Shown here: positions 11,156 to 24,200 of the stretch, piece by piece
How positions within the stretch are numbered: position 1 is the first letter of the stretch
Layout of the letters: each line of letters begins with the position of its first letter
Assembly: GCA_030704615.1 (NCBI GenBank)
Contig: CM060731.1
Coordinates: 86,056,001-86,120,000 of the forward strand
Source: Takakia lepidozioides
Taxonomy: Eukaryota > Plantae > Bryophyta
DNA: 64,000 nt
Direction: 5' to 3'
Position numbers and translations under genes: made by a program
Notes under the pieces: model-generated
What the model saw: only the letters and a program-made list of their open reading frames with translations
Told to the model about the DNA's origin: nothing
Database searches by the model: none

Positions 11156-13176
11156 CCATTATTCCATAGACTTACAATCCCCGCAGGTTTAGGGGGTGTA
11201 ATGTGTAATTCCGCCGGTTTTCTCTATTTACCCTCCGTTTCTGTTCTGCTCATGCTCATGAGAAATCAATCCCCTAGGTAAACCTCACCTAGTTTCTGGG
11301 CTTGCAATTTAGTTCCCCTCAAGACATTGTTGTGAGCAAGATGGCATTATCCAGCATGCTCCCCTCTAGAATGTGTGCTAGCAGAGGTGATGGATATGGC
11401 ATATGCTGAGTGATGCCCAGCTTGGTTTGAAGCACCGCTCTCCTACGAAGCACAGCTCTCCCGTAGAGCATCAAGCAAGACACCAATGTAAAGGAAAAGC
11501 CAGAGTCAAACAAATAAGAAATAGACTTAGCAACAAAAGACTCCTGAAAGAAAGCTTCATCTCCTTATAAGGTGCAGGTTGCTCCTCCAGCCCTTGCCCA
11601 AATCAGGGCTACAAGTGAGAGTTGTACCCCAGTATAACATCGACAGTTTGCGCGAGAAGGGGCCCGTAACTACTAGTGCCCGCGCTCAAGCTCCAATTAG
11701 AAGAAAAGAAGCCTAAAAATTGAGAGGCAAAAGATGAAGCTAGCAACACAATAGATCAATAAGCACGTCTCCCTAACCCGCTCTCCTACGAAGCACCGCT
11801 CTCCTGCAGAGCATCACCGCATCACCGAGCTGTGCACTAAAGACTGGAATGTCTTGCTGTTACCTGGTTCAGCTTCTTTGAAATGGGAACACACAGTGCT
11901 CTTTGTACAATACATATAAACATACCCAGACCAAGATCAAATGCCCAAAGAATTCTCCAAGTCCTCGTTTATTGAGTCCTTCATATCATCCATGCTCGCA
12001 TGTTCCATCTCCTCATCGCTCGAAAGCTTTATCTCTGTGTAGCCTGTACAGCTTTCAACGGAGCGCATGTGTCACATCCTCTGATCCATAGACATACTAA
12101 GCGCCTGGACTTGCTACGCAGGCCCCGCGGGACGGTCGTCGCGGCCGGTGGCGGCACATGCAGATACTGGTTACCCGCACACACTCTCCCTCTCTAAGTT
12201 GTGTTTAGTGTGAGTAATGTAACAGATAGTGAAAAGCAACTCACCTGTCAACTAACCTTCACATTTACAAACCAGAGAAGCATACAAAATGGAAGCATGG
12301 ATAGAGAGGCAAGACCCCAGATCAATCTGTGCACCCAACCAACACCCAATCATCCATCCATTCAATCTCATCTGGAAAGTGCAACTTGACTAAATTGGAG
12401 CTTTAAATCGCTATTCAGCATTAAGTACAAAGAAAGTTTCAATATTTTTATGGATCATCAAAGCATTCTTGGTTATCATGACATTTCTTAATGCATCGCT
12501 AGACTGAAGGTCTTGGGTTCAAATCACCATACTACTCACGTAACAAAGGTAACATTTTTTATCAGACCCCCTTCTCGATGATTGTCCTAGTGAGCCACAA
12601 GGTCTAGGGTTGGAACATCGTACTATTCACATAACAAAGGTAAAATTGCCAACCTAAAATGTAAAATATCACCTAAAATCTCACCAAATGTTACAAATCT
12701 CACCTAATTTTGTGGCGCACGGACCTAATGCTCCACAGCCCTAACTCTAAGGCTACACTTCAGGATTAATTGGCCACAAGTCGTAGTCGTTTCGGAGGCA
12801 GCACATCGGCAATTGTGTACTTCTTCTCATTTCTAGTATTTTATCACCAGGAGGCCAATTGTAAATTACCAAAAAAGTTGAGCTTGAGACATGGAGAAGC
12901 AAGTCTGTACCGAGGCTGTTCCTCATCGGCAGGGCATGAAAGTAAGATGCAACGTAAGGTCTTTTCCGTAGAGTTTGCAAGGTACTGGGGTCAAGGGTTG
13001 AGACTCTGGCTGCTCAGTTGCTCCCTGGTTTCTTTCACAGATCACTCCAAAATCTCTAGATTATAGACAAAAGCAACGCACACAAGAGGGCTTGCATGTG
13101 AAGCTGTTCTAGTAGGTAACGAGACTTTCTCTCTCTCTCTCTCTCTCTCGGAGCACGGCCTCTGGTTTTTTCTCTT

Positions 13177-13436
13177 TCATTTCTCAGGATTCAACCCAAG
13201 GCCTCTCATTCTGCATCTGGCTAAGCATAACTCCAACTTATGCAAATGCTCCCTCTTAGAGCTGTACACACTGAAATCATCAAGAAAGACCTGCATAAAG
13301 TCATCCAGATATTCTTGGAATGACTCACTAATTACTCTCTGAATGGTAGTTGGTGCATTACAAAGTTCAAATGGCATGACTTTATAAACATAGGCTCCCC
13401 AATCAGTAATGAAAGCAGTCTGTTCTTGGTCCTCCT
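13177..13436 (-). pseudogene. Ty3/gypsy RT fragment, 3' half (continues the fragment at 35199-35331)
   Basis: EDQEQTAFITDWGAYVYKVMPFELCNAPTTIQRV...FLDDFSVYS, paralogous to the RT at 62525-63160. Confidence 0.9.
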
Positions 13437-13664
13437 GAGGTTAGCTATTTCATGAGCATGAGCGGCATGAGCGGAGTAGTAAGACAATCGGTTTTCATGA
13501 GCAGAAGTACAAATTCTGGAAATAAAAAACATTAAAAACATTATTTTAATGGAATGTGTCAAACAAATCCAATATAATATTCATTGTTTGAAGTAGAAAT
13601 TGTAGTTTTGAGAGCAGTGCTCATGATATTTTGTCTTCCGCTCATGCGAATTCCGAGCGACATC

Positions 13665-14060
13665 TGCAAAAATGGCGCTGAATTTCGCGGTAATAGGTTT
13701 CGCAAGCGGAGAAATCGGCAACGTATTGCGCGGTAATAGGTGTCTCCGGCGAAAAATGGTGCCGAATTTCGCGGTTATAGGTCCCAACTTGATTGAAGTG
13801 TAAGCCCAAAATTTGGAAATGTGGCACCGAATTTCGGTACATGGTGTCGGGCATTGCACAAATGTTGGGCAGTTCTGGGCCATGTAACTGGAAATTCGGC
13901 GCCATTTTTCCAGACATCGTTCCCGTACATGTTGGGACTTACCCAGTTTTCGGCCCAAAATAGGGAAATTCGGCGCCATTTTTCCAGAAATGGTCCCCTC
14001 AACTGCAACTGTTGGAACTCAATTTTCTGGAAGATTTGCAAATTTTTCCTGCCGCCATCT
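13665..14060. repeat. Subterminal array of GGAAATTCGGCGCCATTTTTCC-type palindromes
   Basis: Copies near 13668, 13752, 13816, 13890 and 13964. Confidence 0.75.
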
Positions 14061-14261
14061 TTGTATTGATTCTGTTTCGACATTGAATTGCCACTGGACG
14101 TCAACGGATATCCAGCAGTCCATAGTGTTTAAAAGACATCACTTTAATATTGTCTGTCTCATTCCAGGAGTTTTGGGGTGCAATTCATTACACTGCAAAA
14201 CAAAGTCTAATGCATCAAAATGCAATTGCAAATATCCATATGGTGGATTCCCTTTGCCCCA

Positions 14262-17200
14262 TCAATGATTTCCGGAATCCCGGCGGAGGCGTTTGTGCAG
14301 TTCATTCACGCTCAACGCTAGTGCATGAATAAAGTCATCAATAATCAAGTTCATCCTCAACCTCTTCAGGTAAATGTAATACAGATGTTTGCACGGATAA
14401 TACTTTGACCCCTTCTTTGCTTCCATCAACGAGAAGTCCGTACAATTGCAAGTCGGCTCCACTCCAATTGTAATTGTGTATACGTCGTTGCGTACAGCTG
14501 AGCCGGCCGTTGCCATTCGATAAACACGCCCAAGGTCGGGTGGGGGTACGTCCACGGAGCTCTGAGCAAGCCATCCCAAGAGCATTGGCAATGCGAGTCT
14601 CATTCAACTTGTTGGGAGGGTGTCGTCTCTTCACTCTTCCGAATCGCATTGTGGGATGTGCAAAATTGTCCAATCCGTCTTTACTGGACTGAACAGTCTG
14701 CAATGGCTGGGTCTGAGGAACTGGAAACGACTGGGTCGGGACGTCTGTGCGTTGCACCATTCAAAATCCTGCTGCAGAAAGAGCATCCGCCACATTCTGA
14801 GAGAGGTTGCAACCCGGTGCAACAGGCCAGACGCCCGGAGGCTCCGGCATTCCCTGAATCCCGTACTTGGGCTTGCTAAATACACAGGTCATTATGTCGT
14901 GCCTACAGAACCAAAACGTCTACGTTGTGGCGTGAAAGAATGTGGGAGTTAAAAATCTGCCGCTGAAACAAGGTGCAGGTACAGCACCATGTGGGTTCCT
15001 CCGAATCATCTCACCACAGCGTGCTCTCGTATCCACCCGGATGGCGCAGCACTTCCCTTGAAATGCCGGCAATGTCCTTGCAATTCTCCATTGTGACTCC
15101 GACACTCTTGTCTCCACAATGGGTATGTTGTACTGCGTTACTACAGATGGCTCATTATGTTCCTCAAGCACGTGCCTTGTGCTCAAAGGAGATGGCGATC
15201 TTGAACGTGCAGGACTTGCGGTGCTCGACAAGACCTCCTCGGGCAACATCACGGGACCACGAGGGAGCGTGCGAATATTCTTGTCAGCACGCCATGAATC
15301 CTCTTCTCCGCCAGGTGCCTCGTCAAGTCTTCGTCTCACTGGACGGGTGTGAACATCTCCTTCCAAGTGTTGGCCTCTTCGAAGCAATGGCGTGTCCCGA
15401 AGGCCCTCTCACAAGGCTGCCGCCCACTTGCGAGGATTCTTCGATCTGGAGGCAGTCCGCATCAACATTTCCTGCCTGCCCGGCCCCAAGCCCCACTGTT
15501 TCCCTTTCAAGAACTCGTTGTACCTGCATTGCTGCATAATTGACCTGACAATGTCTTCCGTTGTGGCAGTGAGGATGTCCACCAGATGCGCTGTAGAGGA
15601 GGCACGCCAAGAATAATGTACTGATTCGGCCATGTTTGTTGTCGGCATGTCGGTGTCGGAGTCTAGACACATTTCCTGCACATGCACATGTTGAGGTTAC
15701 AAGCAAGTTACAAATAATGAGTAGCATAATATTCAACGGGACGCGAATTTGTCCAACTCACCTCCCGCATATAGTCGCCGAACTGGAGGAAACGATAATG
15801 CCACCATGCTAGCCAACTGACCATTGCTCCCTCGTCTGATTTCTTTACAGCACCTGACGTTGTCCACCAAGCCCGTATACATGCAAACTGTGTCTCTGCA
15901 TCATCCAAGGTGGCAGCACGCTTCCACGCAAGACACATGGAACGGTGCTCCTCTCTGAAATCTGGCGCCACGAGCCGGGTTGTGTACTGCGACAAGCTCT
16001 GCAGAAAATGGAACCCACAAGATCTCTCATTGCCTTCCATCGGAACATTGGGGTCTTCCCCGTACACCCTTCGGATGGTAGCCCAATTTGCTTGTGCGTT
16101 GTCCGCCATGAAACCACGGAAATTGGGAGGGGGCAATCCCGCCCTCGCCATCTGTTCGTTTATTCCCTGCCAAAGAAGCATCTCCAATTGTGTGTCCTCT
16201 CCTTTCATCTCACAAATAGCAATTGTCATTAGCATCCTGCAGTGGGTGTCGTAGACATGTGCAGCCATTGTCACCCACTGGTGATTTGTAATTTGCTTGA
16301 TATGGTCGAACATGACCCAACTGTTTGACAAGTCCCCACTTGTCATCCAGTCGACCAGTTTGACGCCGCTGCCAGGCCCACACGTGGACATTTTGAATAC
16401 GAAACAACAATCTGCCTCAGTCCCTTGTCCAGGAAACCTACTTCCATGAATGTAGTCATATCCACATCGTCGCTTCACCTCCAGAATGGAGTGCATATCC
16501 GAGCGACGCCCAATTTTCTGTTTGCAGGAGACAATGTGGTTTCGGACATTTGGTGAACAGACGTGGGACACTGACTCCAGCAATGCCTCCATTTCCTTCT
16601 CATCGAGAGGAACTCTGCCAGAGCCGTCTTCCGACATAATTCTGGCCAATGCCATCTTATGGGCGGCCTGCAGTTGTATCTGTTTGGGTTTGGCACCAGG
16701 TCTCAACTTAACCTCCTCCTGAATGAGCTGCTCTGCCTCATGGGCAGCCTCCCACGAGTTCCCCCTCGCCAATTTGTGACAATGGGAACCAACGTGTATG
16801 CAAGCTCGTGTGAGGTCAGGGAAACGGTGCAACACATAGAACTGCTTGGCATTACAAACAGACATGCAATGTGGTGGTTCTTTGCAATGCGCACACTTAA
16901 ATGTGGAGTTTGGAACCTTCTCCTGAGCTTGAATAGCTGGTTGATGAGTTGTGCCTATTCAATCCGTCTCGTTCCTGTGACCTCTGGATTTAAAGTGGAA
17001 GCAAGTTGGGGAGAAACACCGCAACGCACCCGCACAAACAACGTAGCGCACCCGCACACCATCGAGCATCTTCATGGTGGTGGTGTGGTGATGCACCAAG
17101 GATGACCGTCATGTTTCCTATCCATATCTGTCAACATTCCGGACGCCCTCGAATAGTCCGTTCGAGGAGGGAACTCAAAGAACCTATTACCGTCGACGTC

Positions 17201-17851
17201 TGCGGGAAGGCATGTAACGGATTTAATTGCGAACTTGTTGTAGTCCAGCCCAGCCAGCTCCGAGCGGTGTCCCTCCATGTGAAGCCCTCACTGAATTTCA
17301 AGAATGGATCGAACGGCTGTGTTCGTGCTGGGAATATGACTCCCTCATCCGATGATGTCCATTGAGGACTTGCCTGATCTCCAGGATGATCTCGGAACTT
17401 CCATGACCTCGTCGGAGTCGGACAGGTTGTGAACAACCCGGTTCTCACTCGTCTTCATTGATGGGTTTGGCTCTGGATTTACTTCGTTGCGGACTTCTCT
17501 CTTTGAGGTACCCACTCTCTGATTCGCGGATTGTTTCGTGGAATGCGCAAGGATAGAAGGCGCATTTGGCGGGCAAATGAAGTCCCCAACAGCCCTGTAT
17601 ATAACGTTGTCCGATGGTGGAACTCGCCATTCCCTGCCGTCGCCGAAATCATCGTGGAGCACAACAATACTTTCGACTACAACTCCGTTTGAATCCTTCC
17701 TTTCCTCCTCCAAAAATACCGACCCCGGTTTCAAGTGGTATCGAACGCAGAGATATTTCTCCATCACCCAGCAGATCTCCCCTCTACACGGAAATGTAGC
17801 TCTATGCTCGTGAGGAGGGCAGTACACTATAGCGCTTGGGTTTTTTGCCAT
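14262..17851 (-). pseudogene. Mutator-superfamily DDE transposase with GCM-like zinc domain and C-terminal SWIM; one intron (15761-15676)
   Basis: GCM-like CAGALRCFSPTC...CAHC...C...CNAK...HVGSHCH. DDE core VMFDH / FMADN / CGFH / PTTNMAESVH. SWIM CNCTDF...PCKH. Phase-0 GTGAGT..TGCAG intron. In-frame TGAs at 17345, 17288, 16959 and 15409, plus frameshifts. Confidence 0.88.
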
Positions 17852-18432
17852 GGGAGATGTGCACACAAGACTGCCAGGACGGCGTTCGGACAAGCGCCCT
17901 GGGAGAAGGGGGGATGCAGCGAGGGGAAGGAATGCAGGGCCGATTTTTGCAAGCGACGAAGCCTATTCACGAATCCGGGGAGCCCACTCTCCTGAAAATC
18001 CATTGTCAGAGAGTTAATGAACCTTGTCTGCGGAATGCGGTCCCTGGCCTTTGCGCAATAACTGCCAACGGTATTTAGTCAGAAGGTATATGACCTGTGC
18101 AGATGCGCTGCGCAAACCAATCATTACGACGTCTGACAAGAAGCGTGGGGGGCGAGCGTGCAAGCACCTTCCCCATGGACAGAGGGAACTGACAGAGGTG
18201 GCATTCCAGTGGGTCTGATTATAAGATTGAGTGCCAGACCCTGGCTGCCAAAAGTCAACATACAACAAAATGCAACGTTGCGCAAAAAGTGGAACTTTGG
18301 TTCAAAAGAGACATTTTTATTAATAATGAACTGTGACAAGTATGCATGCCCTCACAAGCCAAGGGAAGCCAAAAGTATGCATGCCATCCATGCTCAAGTA
18401 AGTTGGGAATTTTTTTCCGTGTTGCACTATCC

Positions 18433-18997
18433 TCACCAAGAAGCTGGAACCTCCATTGGCCTCTCAACAAGCTCATGACTGACAGGGTGTCGGTAGGTGA
18501 AGACAATGGATGCAGCCCGTTCTACTTTGGTGGAGTGGACAACGGTGTCATGTCCTCCGATATATGCACCATCGTAAATCGAGATCTTTGCTGTGGAGAG
18601 ACTGTCCATAGGACTCATCCTCGTAGCTTATGAGAATGTCCCCATACACTGTTTGCGATGGAATCCTCTCTGGCATGTACGTACACCCGATGCAATCCTC
18701 GTAGGCCCACTGGCAGCACCTCCAATGATGTAGGAAGGCCGTGCGGCTTTTGGGGATGTTCCATGAAGGTGGATACTGCAAATCAACGATTCGTAGGCAC
18801 CAAAGTCGCGCAAGCCCGTCCCCGCGAGGCTGATCGTGGAAGCCAGGAAGGTACTCAAGAGCGGACAGGTGCACCCTCCTCTGCTGAGAGTGGTCTATCC
18901 AATCCTGCAGGTATATGAAAATATCCCCTGACTTGGGCGAGAAGTCCCACGGGGTGCAATGCTTGTTTGGGCAGTTGTTGGGATCCCGGCACACCAT
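18433..18997 (-). pseudogene. Unknown ~185-aa accessory protein ('WxCCQW' protein), one frameshift
   Basis: ORFs 18548-18997 and 18433-18618 align end to end with 39633-40198 (RLWCLRI/RLWNVRI, LHHWRCCQW/LHEWKCCQW, YGDILI/FGDVWI, IYDG/FYNG, IVFT/YVFT). Confidence 0.7.
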
Positions 18998-19249
18998 CGA
19001 GGACTACTGAAAGGGTTGCCAGGAAGCAGAGAGGGTGTGCAGGGAAGGGGGAGTGTGGGGAAGATGAGGAGCTCGCAGCGAGGAAGTGTTGTTGTTGTCT
19101 CGGTTTGAAACGCGTGGGTCACGAGCGAAGGTCGGGCAAGTGACAAAGGAAAAGAGCACCATTTAATATAACCGTACCCAGGAATGAGGCGCAGAATTTA
19201 CTTCGACAGGATGTCCAATCGGAGGGTGACGGCCCCAGGTGCCTACCAG

Positions 19250-20300
19250 AGAAAGATCCCCCGGATGGAAAAACGGCGCCGAATTTGCATCCGAGGCCAG
19301 TCGGACGAAGTCGTCTCGGGGGGTGAGTCCGTCACCTGGCCGACAGAGAACATCCCCCGAATGGAAAAACGGCGCCGAATTTCCATCCGAGGGCGCACGG
19401 ATGAAGTCGTCTCGAGGGGAGAGTCCGTCACCTGGCCGACAGAGAACATCCCCCGGATGGAAAAACGGCGCCGAAATTCCATCCGAGGGCGCACGGATGA
19501 AGTCGTCTCGTGGGGAGAGGCCGACACTTGGCCGACAGAGAACATCCCCCGGATGGAAAAACGGCGCCGAATTTCCATCCGAGGCCGCACGGATGAAGTC
19601 GTCTCGGGGGGAGAGGCCGATACCTGGCCGACAGAGAACATCCCCCGGATGGAAAAACGGCGCCGAATTTCCATCCGAGGCCGCACGGATGAAGTCGTCT
19701 CGGGGGGAGAGGCCGATACCTGGCCGACAGAGAACATCCCCCGGATGGAAAAACGGCGCCGAATTTCCATCCGAGGCCCGTTGGATGAAGTCGTCTCGGG
19801 GGAAGAGGCCGACATGTGGCCGACAGAGAACATCCCCCGGATGGAAAAATGGCGCCGAATTTCCATCCGGGGCTGTTCGGATGAAGTCGTCTCGGGGGGA
19901 GAGCCCAACACATGGCCGATAGAGAACATCCCCCGGATGGAAAAACGGCGCCAAATTTCCATCCACAGACGCCCGTATCGGCCCTTCTTCAACAATTTTC
20001 AGTCGTTGCATCCAATTTTTCGCGTTTTTTTGATTGGTTACACACTAAACTTGGAATTTTTTGCCTGCAGGATGGAAATTCGCTCTGAATTACCTGCAGG
20101 ATGGAAACTCGGCGCCGGATTCCCATCCGGCCGCGCTTCGAATTACCTGCAGTATGGACTTTTCCATCTGGCGTCTCATGGATGAGAACAGCTCGGGCGG
20201 AGGGAGGGCCACGTTGCGTCCTACTTTATCCGCTGGATGGAAATTCGGCGTCGTTTTTTCCATCCAGCGGGCGACTGATGAAGTCTCGGGGGGAGGGTAG
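19250..20300. repeat. Tandem array of a 96-bp unit (about 7.5 copies to ~19965), with degenerate copies to 20300
   Basis: ATGGAAAAA recurs at 19265, 19361, 19457, 19553, 19649, 19745, 19841 and 19937. Each unit holds the 32-bp near-palindrome CGGATGGAAAAACGGCGCCGAATTTCCATCCG. Confidence 0.95.
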
Positions 20301-21239
20301 GCCTGTCGGTGCCTGTGACCGACCTCCATACCTACAACATTTAATGGCGCAGTTGCGCATTAAATGTTCTCCGCCGTCGGTTTTGAACCAGATGTTCCAC
20401 AAGGATTCCGCGCTTGCTTCCCGGATATGCCTTCGACACCTGATGTGACGCTTGGATGAAGTTCCATTCGAGGCATGTACGCATGCATACCTCGGGAGAT
20501 TTTTTCTTTTGCTGGGACTTATGCCGCGTGGAGAAGGGCGTGGCTCTCCTGAGAGAAACCCCACACCTAGACCGTGGCGGAAGCTGAAGGCTTTGTACTA
20601 CGGGCGGCGTCCAACCTCTCGCTTGGCCAAACTGAAGCTACAGCAGGAGATCCCATTGTCTTGCTCACAGCCCGCGCCAACTGAAGCCGAGCACTCTCAG
20701 GCAAGTCCCTTCCTCTTTCGCTTTTTGTAACATGTGCGGTCTTCCTCGCTTTTTGTTTGTTTGTTTTGGCATCTTCAGCCTGGCAGCCCTGGAAGTGCAT
20801 GGTTGCATCGCAAAAGCACGAGTTGGTGAGATGAATGATCAAGGTCAGAGGGGTTAGAAAGGAGCCAGGTCATTGCAAAGTAGGAGTTGGTGAGAAGAAT
20901 GATGAAGGTCAGAGGGGTTAGAGCCAGGTCGTTGCTGCATTGAGATTTGCAACAGGGTGCACACCTTCGCTGTAGATGACAGGTTGCATCCCAGAATTAA
21001 GGAAATCCATGCTGAGCTGAGAAGATTGTCTGGGCAGATGAAGTGCCTTCAAAACATTTCACCCTCTTTTCCCGTCTTATCGAAATCGTCCTTAAATTTT
21101 CAGCAAGTTACTGGTTGAGTGAACCTTAGATAGTTTGCAATGCGTGTGCAAAGCCGGCAGCTCTGGAAAAGGCTGCTTCTGCATGTGATTCTTAGGGATT
21201 GCTTGGGTTTGCTTTCATTGTTGTTCCACGATTGTTGCG

Positions 21240-24200
21240 ATGGTAGTTGCGATGCTTGTTGCGATGGTGGTTTTCATTGCGATGTTGGTTCTCACGATTG
21301 TTGGGGATGACAGAGTGACGACGAGCCCGACGCTGGTGGTATCATCGACAGCTCCAACTGCTCGAGCAGTCACTCCAAAAGCTGCTACTCATTGCATGTT
21401 TGGATTGCCCAACTTGGGGCGGGAGGGCAAACTAAATCCTTTTGTTGGTGGACGGGAGGACCTGCAGCGACAGTACGATAGAATAGACATTCGGGAGGTT
21501 GGTGCAGGCGGCATGGTAGGTGAAGGGCGTCGGATGAGGACAGCAGATCCGGCAATGGAGGAAGTTGATGCACATGCAGTAGGGCCCGCCCACGCAAAGA
21601 AGAAGAAGAAAGCCAAGCACATGCAATCCCCGGCGAGAGAGCCGTCACGGGCTGCGGAGGGGGGAGTGAGCAAGGCGCGCGAGGGTGTCACTTCGCCTCA
21701 ATCAAAGGTGGTCGTCCTAGAGGCCTCCCTTGCTGCTACCCCTAGTAAGAAACAGAAGGCCCGTGAGAGGGCAAAAGAGAGGGCAAAAGAACAGGCGAGA
21801 CCGAAGGCTAGCCGGGAGGCAAGAGAAAAGGCCACTGAAGAGGCCAGGGGTGTCAAAATGACAGATGCCCATTTAAGCGAGGGACGCACAGAGACGGTGG
21901 ATCCCTCCAAGACACCACAAACAAGTAGTAACACACCGGTTACACCATCGCGGGTGGGAGCAGCCCACCAAATTACCCATATGGTGGAGACTGGAGGAGG
22001 GGAAAGAACACCACAAAGAGCACGGATTGTGGAAGTTCGAGGTGAAGCCGGGGAGAGGGCAGTAGAGACGGGGAGAGTACTCGAGGTGGTTCCAACGGTG
22101 GTTGACCATGTTGAGGACGACGAGAGGGAGCTTTTTGACCAGGATGACATCCTCCCGGACATCCCCAGGCCCCAAACCCAGAGCATACAGGCTGGATTTG
22201 GCGGTCCGGGTGGGCTGTCGGAGAACCCCCCTGCAACAGACGTCATGTCGGAGGCGGATATGAAGTTGGCCGCTGCCAAGATGTTGGAGGCAACCCATAA
22301 CAACATTGGCAGGGTCCTGGGGGGCATGGTGTACCCGGCCAAGCTTCGGATTCCCCTTTGCCGCTTGGTTTCATTGCAGGTGGTGAGACCTGCCCTCCCA
22401 GGCGATATCGACAAGCTGAAATTCTCTTTCCGGGAGGGATATCGAATGGGGTCTGCCGCGTTTTACGTTTCCATGGAGAACGACCACGGAGCTTCTCGTG
22501 CCCACACTTCCGATGAGGTGGACAAATGGGGTCCCCATTGGCAAAGGCAAAATGAGGAGTTCGAGAGATTGATTGCTACCGATCCTCTTTTCCAGCACTT
22601 GTCCGGAAAGATGTTTTACGTGTGGGACGGCAATCATCGCCTCCTGGCATGGATGGAGTACATAGCCCAAGCCCACCCCAACGACCTGGATTGACATTTC
22701 GCCATGGAGTGTGTTGTGCTCAAGGTTGCGGGGCCCAAAGATCGCAGTCTTTTCAAAGCGGCAATGGCAGACATCAACTCGTAAGTTACAATGCCTCTTG
22801 CTTTGGAAATTTGAATTTGAAACAGTCATTTCATTGCCAATCGTCATATTTGTTGCAAATTCTCATTTCTGTATTGTTTAATGGAAATGTGGTATTGCAG
22901 GGTGACTGAGAATGCCTTCATTGCCACCAACTTGTCCCATATGCTTTTCCAAGTGAAGGATGTCAGGAAGCAGGGGGTCCAAGAGTTTGCCAATTCGCTC
23001 AGTGCCGACCTGATGCGCAAGTCGGAGGCAAAGGCAGACAGAACCTGGTATAGGCTGAGCATGGACGCCATGGTGGACTACATATTTCAGGTAAAGCTCC
23101 TGACTATTTTGTTCAGCTTATCTGTCTCTCCTCCCCCAATAGAAGAAAAAGTGTTGACCGGGATTTCTAATCACATCTGCGCATTCTTGATAGACGAAAA
23201 TTCAGCAGGATTTGGCACATGCGCGGAGGTTCTACATGGAGTCAGAGGAGAAGAAACTAACCCTCCCGGCACTGGAATCGTATCTCAAAGTTGCGGAGGC
23301 AAAGGCCCGCATAAAGTACAAGTCGCGGATGGTAAAGTACTTGGCCATAGCTGACACCGCCCTTGGTGCCGACTTTCTGGTGGAGGTGGGGAAGCACTAC
23401 TCCCGCACTCTGAAGCCCACGATGACATTGGAGAAGCTGCATCGTCTAGCCACATCCTGTGTGGATGCAACATAAAAGGTTATACATTCTTAACCAAATT
23501 GTCGTGGCAGCAATTCGTTTTTGTGGTGTTTGGCACTTACTAATATGCTGGGTGGTTGGACAGACCCGATGGCTCCAAATCTGGAATGGTTCCCGAAGTA
23601 CAAGGGACATGTGGAGCTTCCCCAAACCCGACAAACTGTCCGACCCCACATTCGACATGTGGATGAACCGCATGACATGGTGGTTTCAGGTACTTTCCCA
23701 CGCTTCATTTGGGGCTTCTACTCTTGTATCGGATGGATTTATTGTATTTTTTGAGGAAAGCGGTCTGATGGAGAATGTCCACAGGTGACGGCGAATGCGC
23801 AAGAGCAGCTTGACACACAAGCACATCAGTTCAAGCTGGAGATTTCTGGTGAAGCAGAGAGCCTACGTGACTATGTGACGAGGTACTCTCTGCTCTACAA
23901 AACCGACCTATTCTTTCGAGAGATACCCCATGCCCGCCGGAGCCACGAGTTCACCAACCAGCCGAACGCGGACAAAGCGGCAATGCGCCTTCTGTACAGG
24001 TACATACGCGATGCCTTTCTTTTTAGTCCCTACATTTCGAGGATTTAAGAGGGCTTATGTGGCGCATGAAAATTAGTTGTGAAGAAGTCCTTGGAAAAAT
24101 GGCGCCGAATTTCCGGATTCGGGCCCTGGGGATGGCTGTCCAGGGGGTGGCTGGCACTCAGTCTGGAAATTCGGCACCATTTTTCCAGTTGCAGACCCAG

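Larger units (their letters stand above)
5440..11274. mobile_element. Possible deleted/composite Mutator-like element (RING ORF + transposase 3' fragment)
   Basis: The right end reads GGGGATTGATTTCTCATGAGCATGAGC on the minus strand (16/21 to the family TIR). The candidate left end is GGGTGTGTATGTTGCATGAGC with further CATGAGC repeats. No TSD seen. Confidence 0.35.

Noticed and set aside
12500-12650. GGTTCAAATC B-box-like motif in a short duplicated segment (tRNA/SINE?)
   Set aside because: No cloverleaf, A-box spacing or tail could be supported.
19250-19965. CRISPR-like look (32-bp palindromic repeat, regular spacing)
   Set aside because: The spacers are near-identical copies, there are no cas genes, and the context is eukaryotic.
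19163-20185. Long ORFs in five frames (up to 333 aa)
   Set aside because: Artefact of a stop-free 96-bp (multiple of 3) tandem repeat. No protein-like features.
21385-22414. Antisense ORFs opposite the large genes (also 25333-25815, 54569-55472)
   Set aside because: Shadow frames of the real coding strand, with no motifs.
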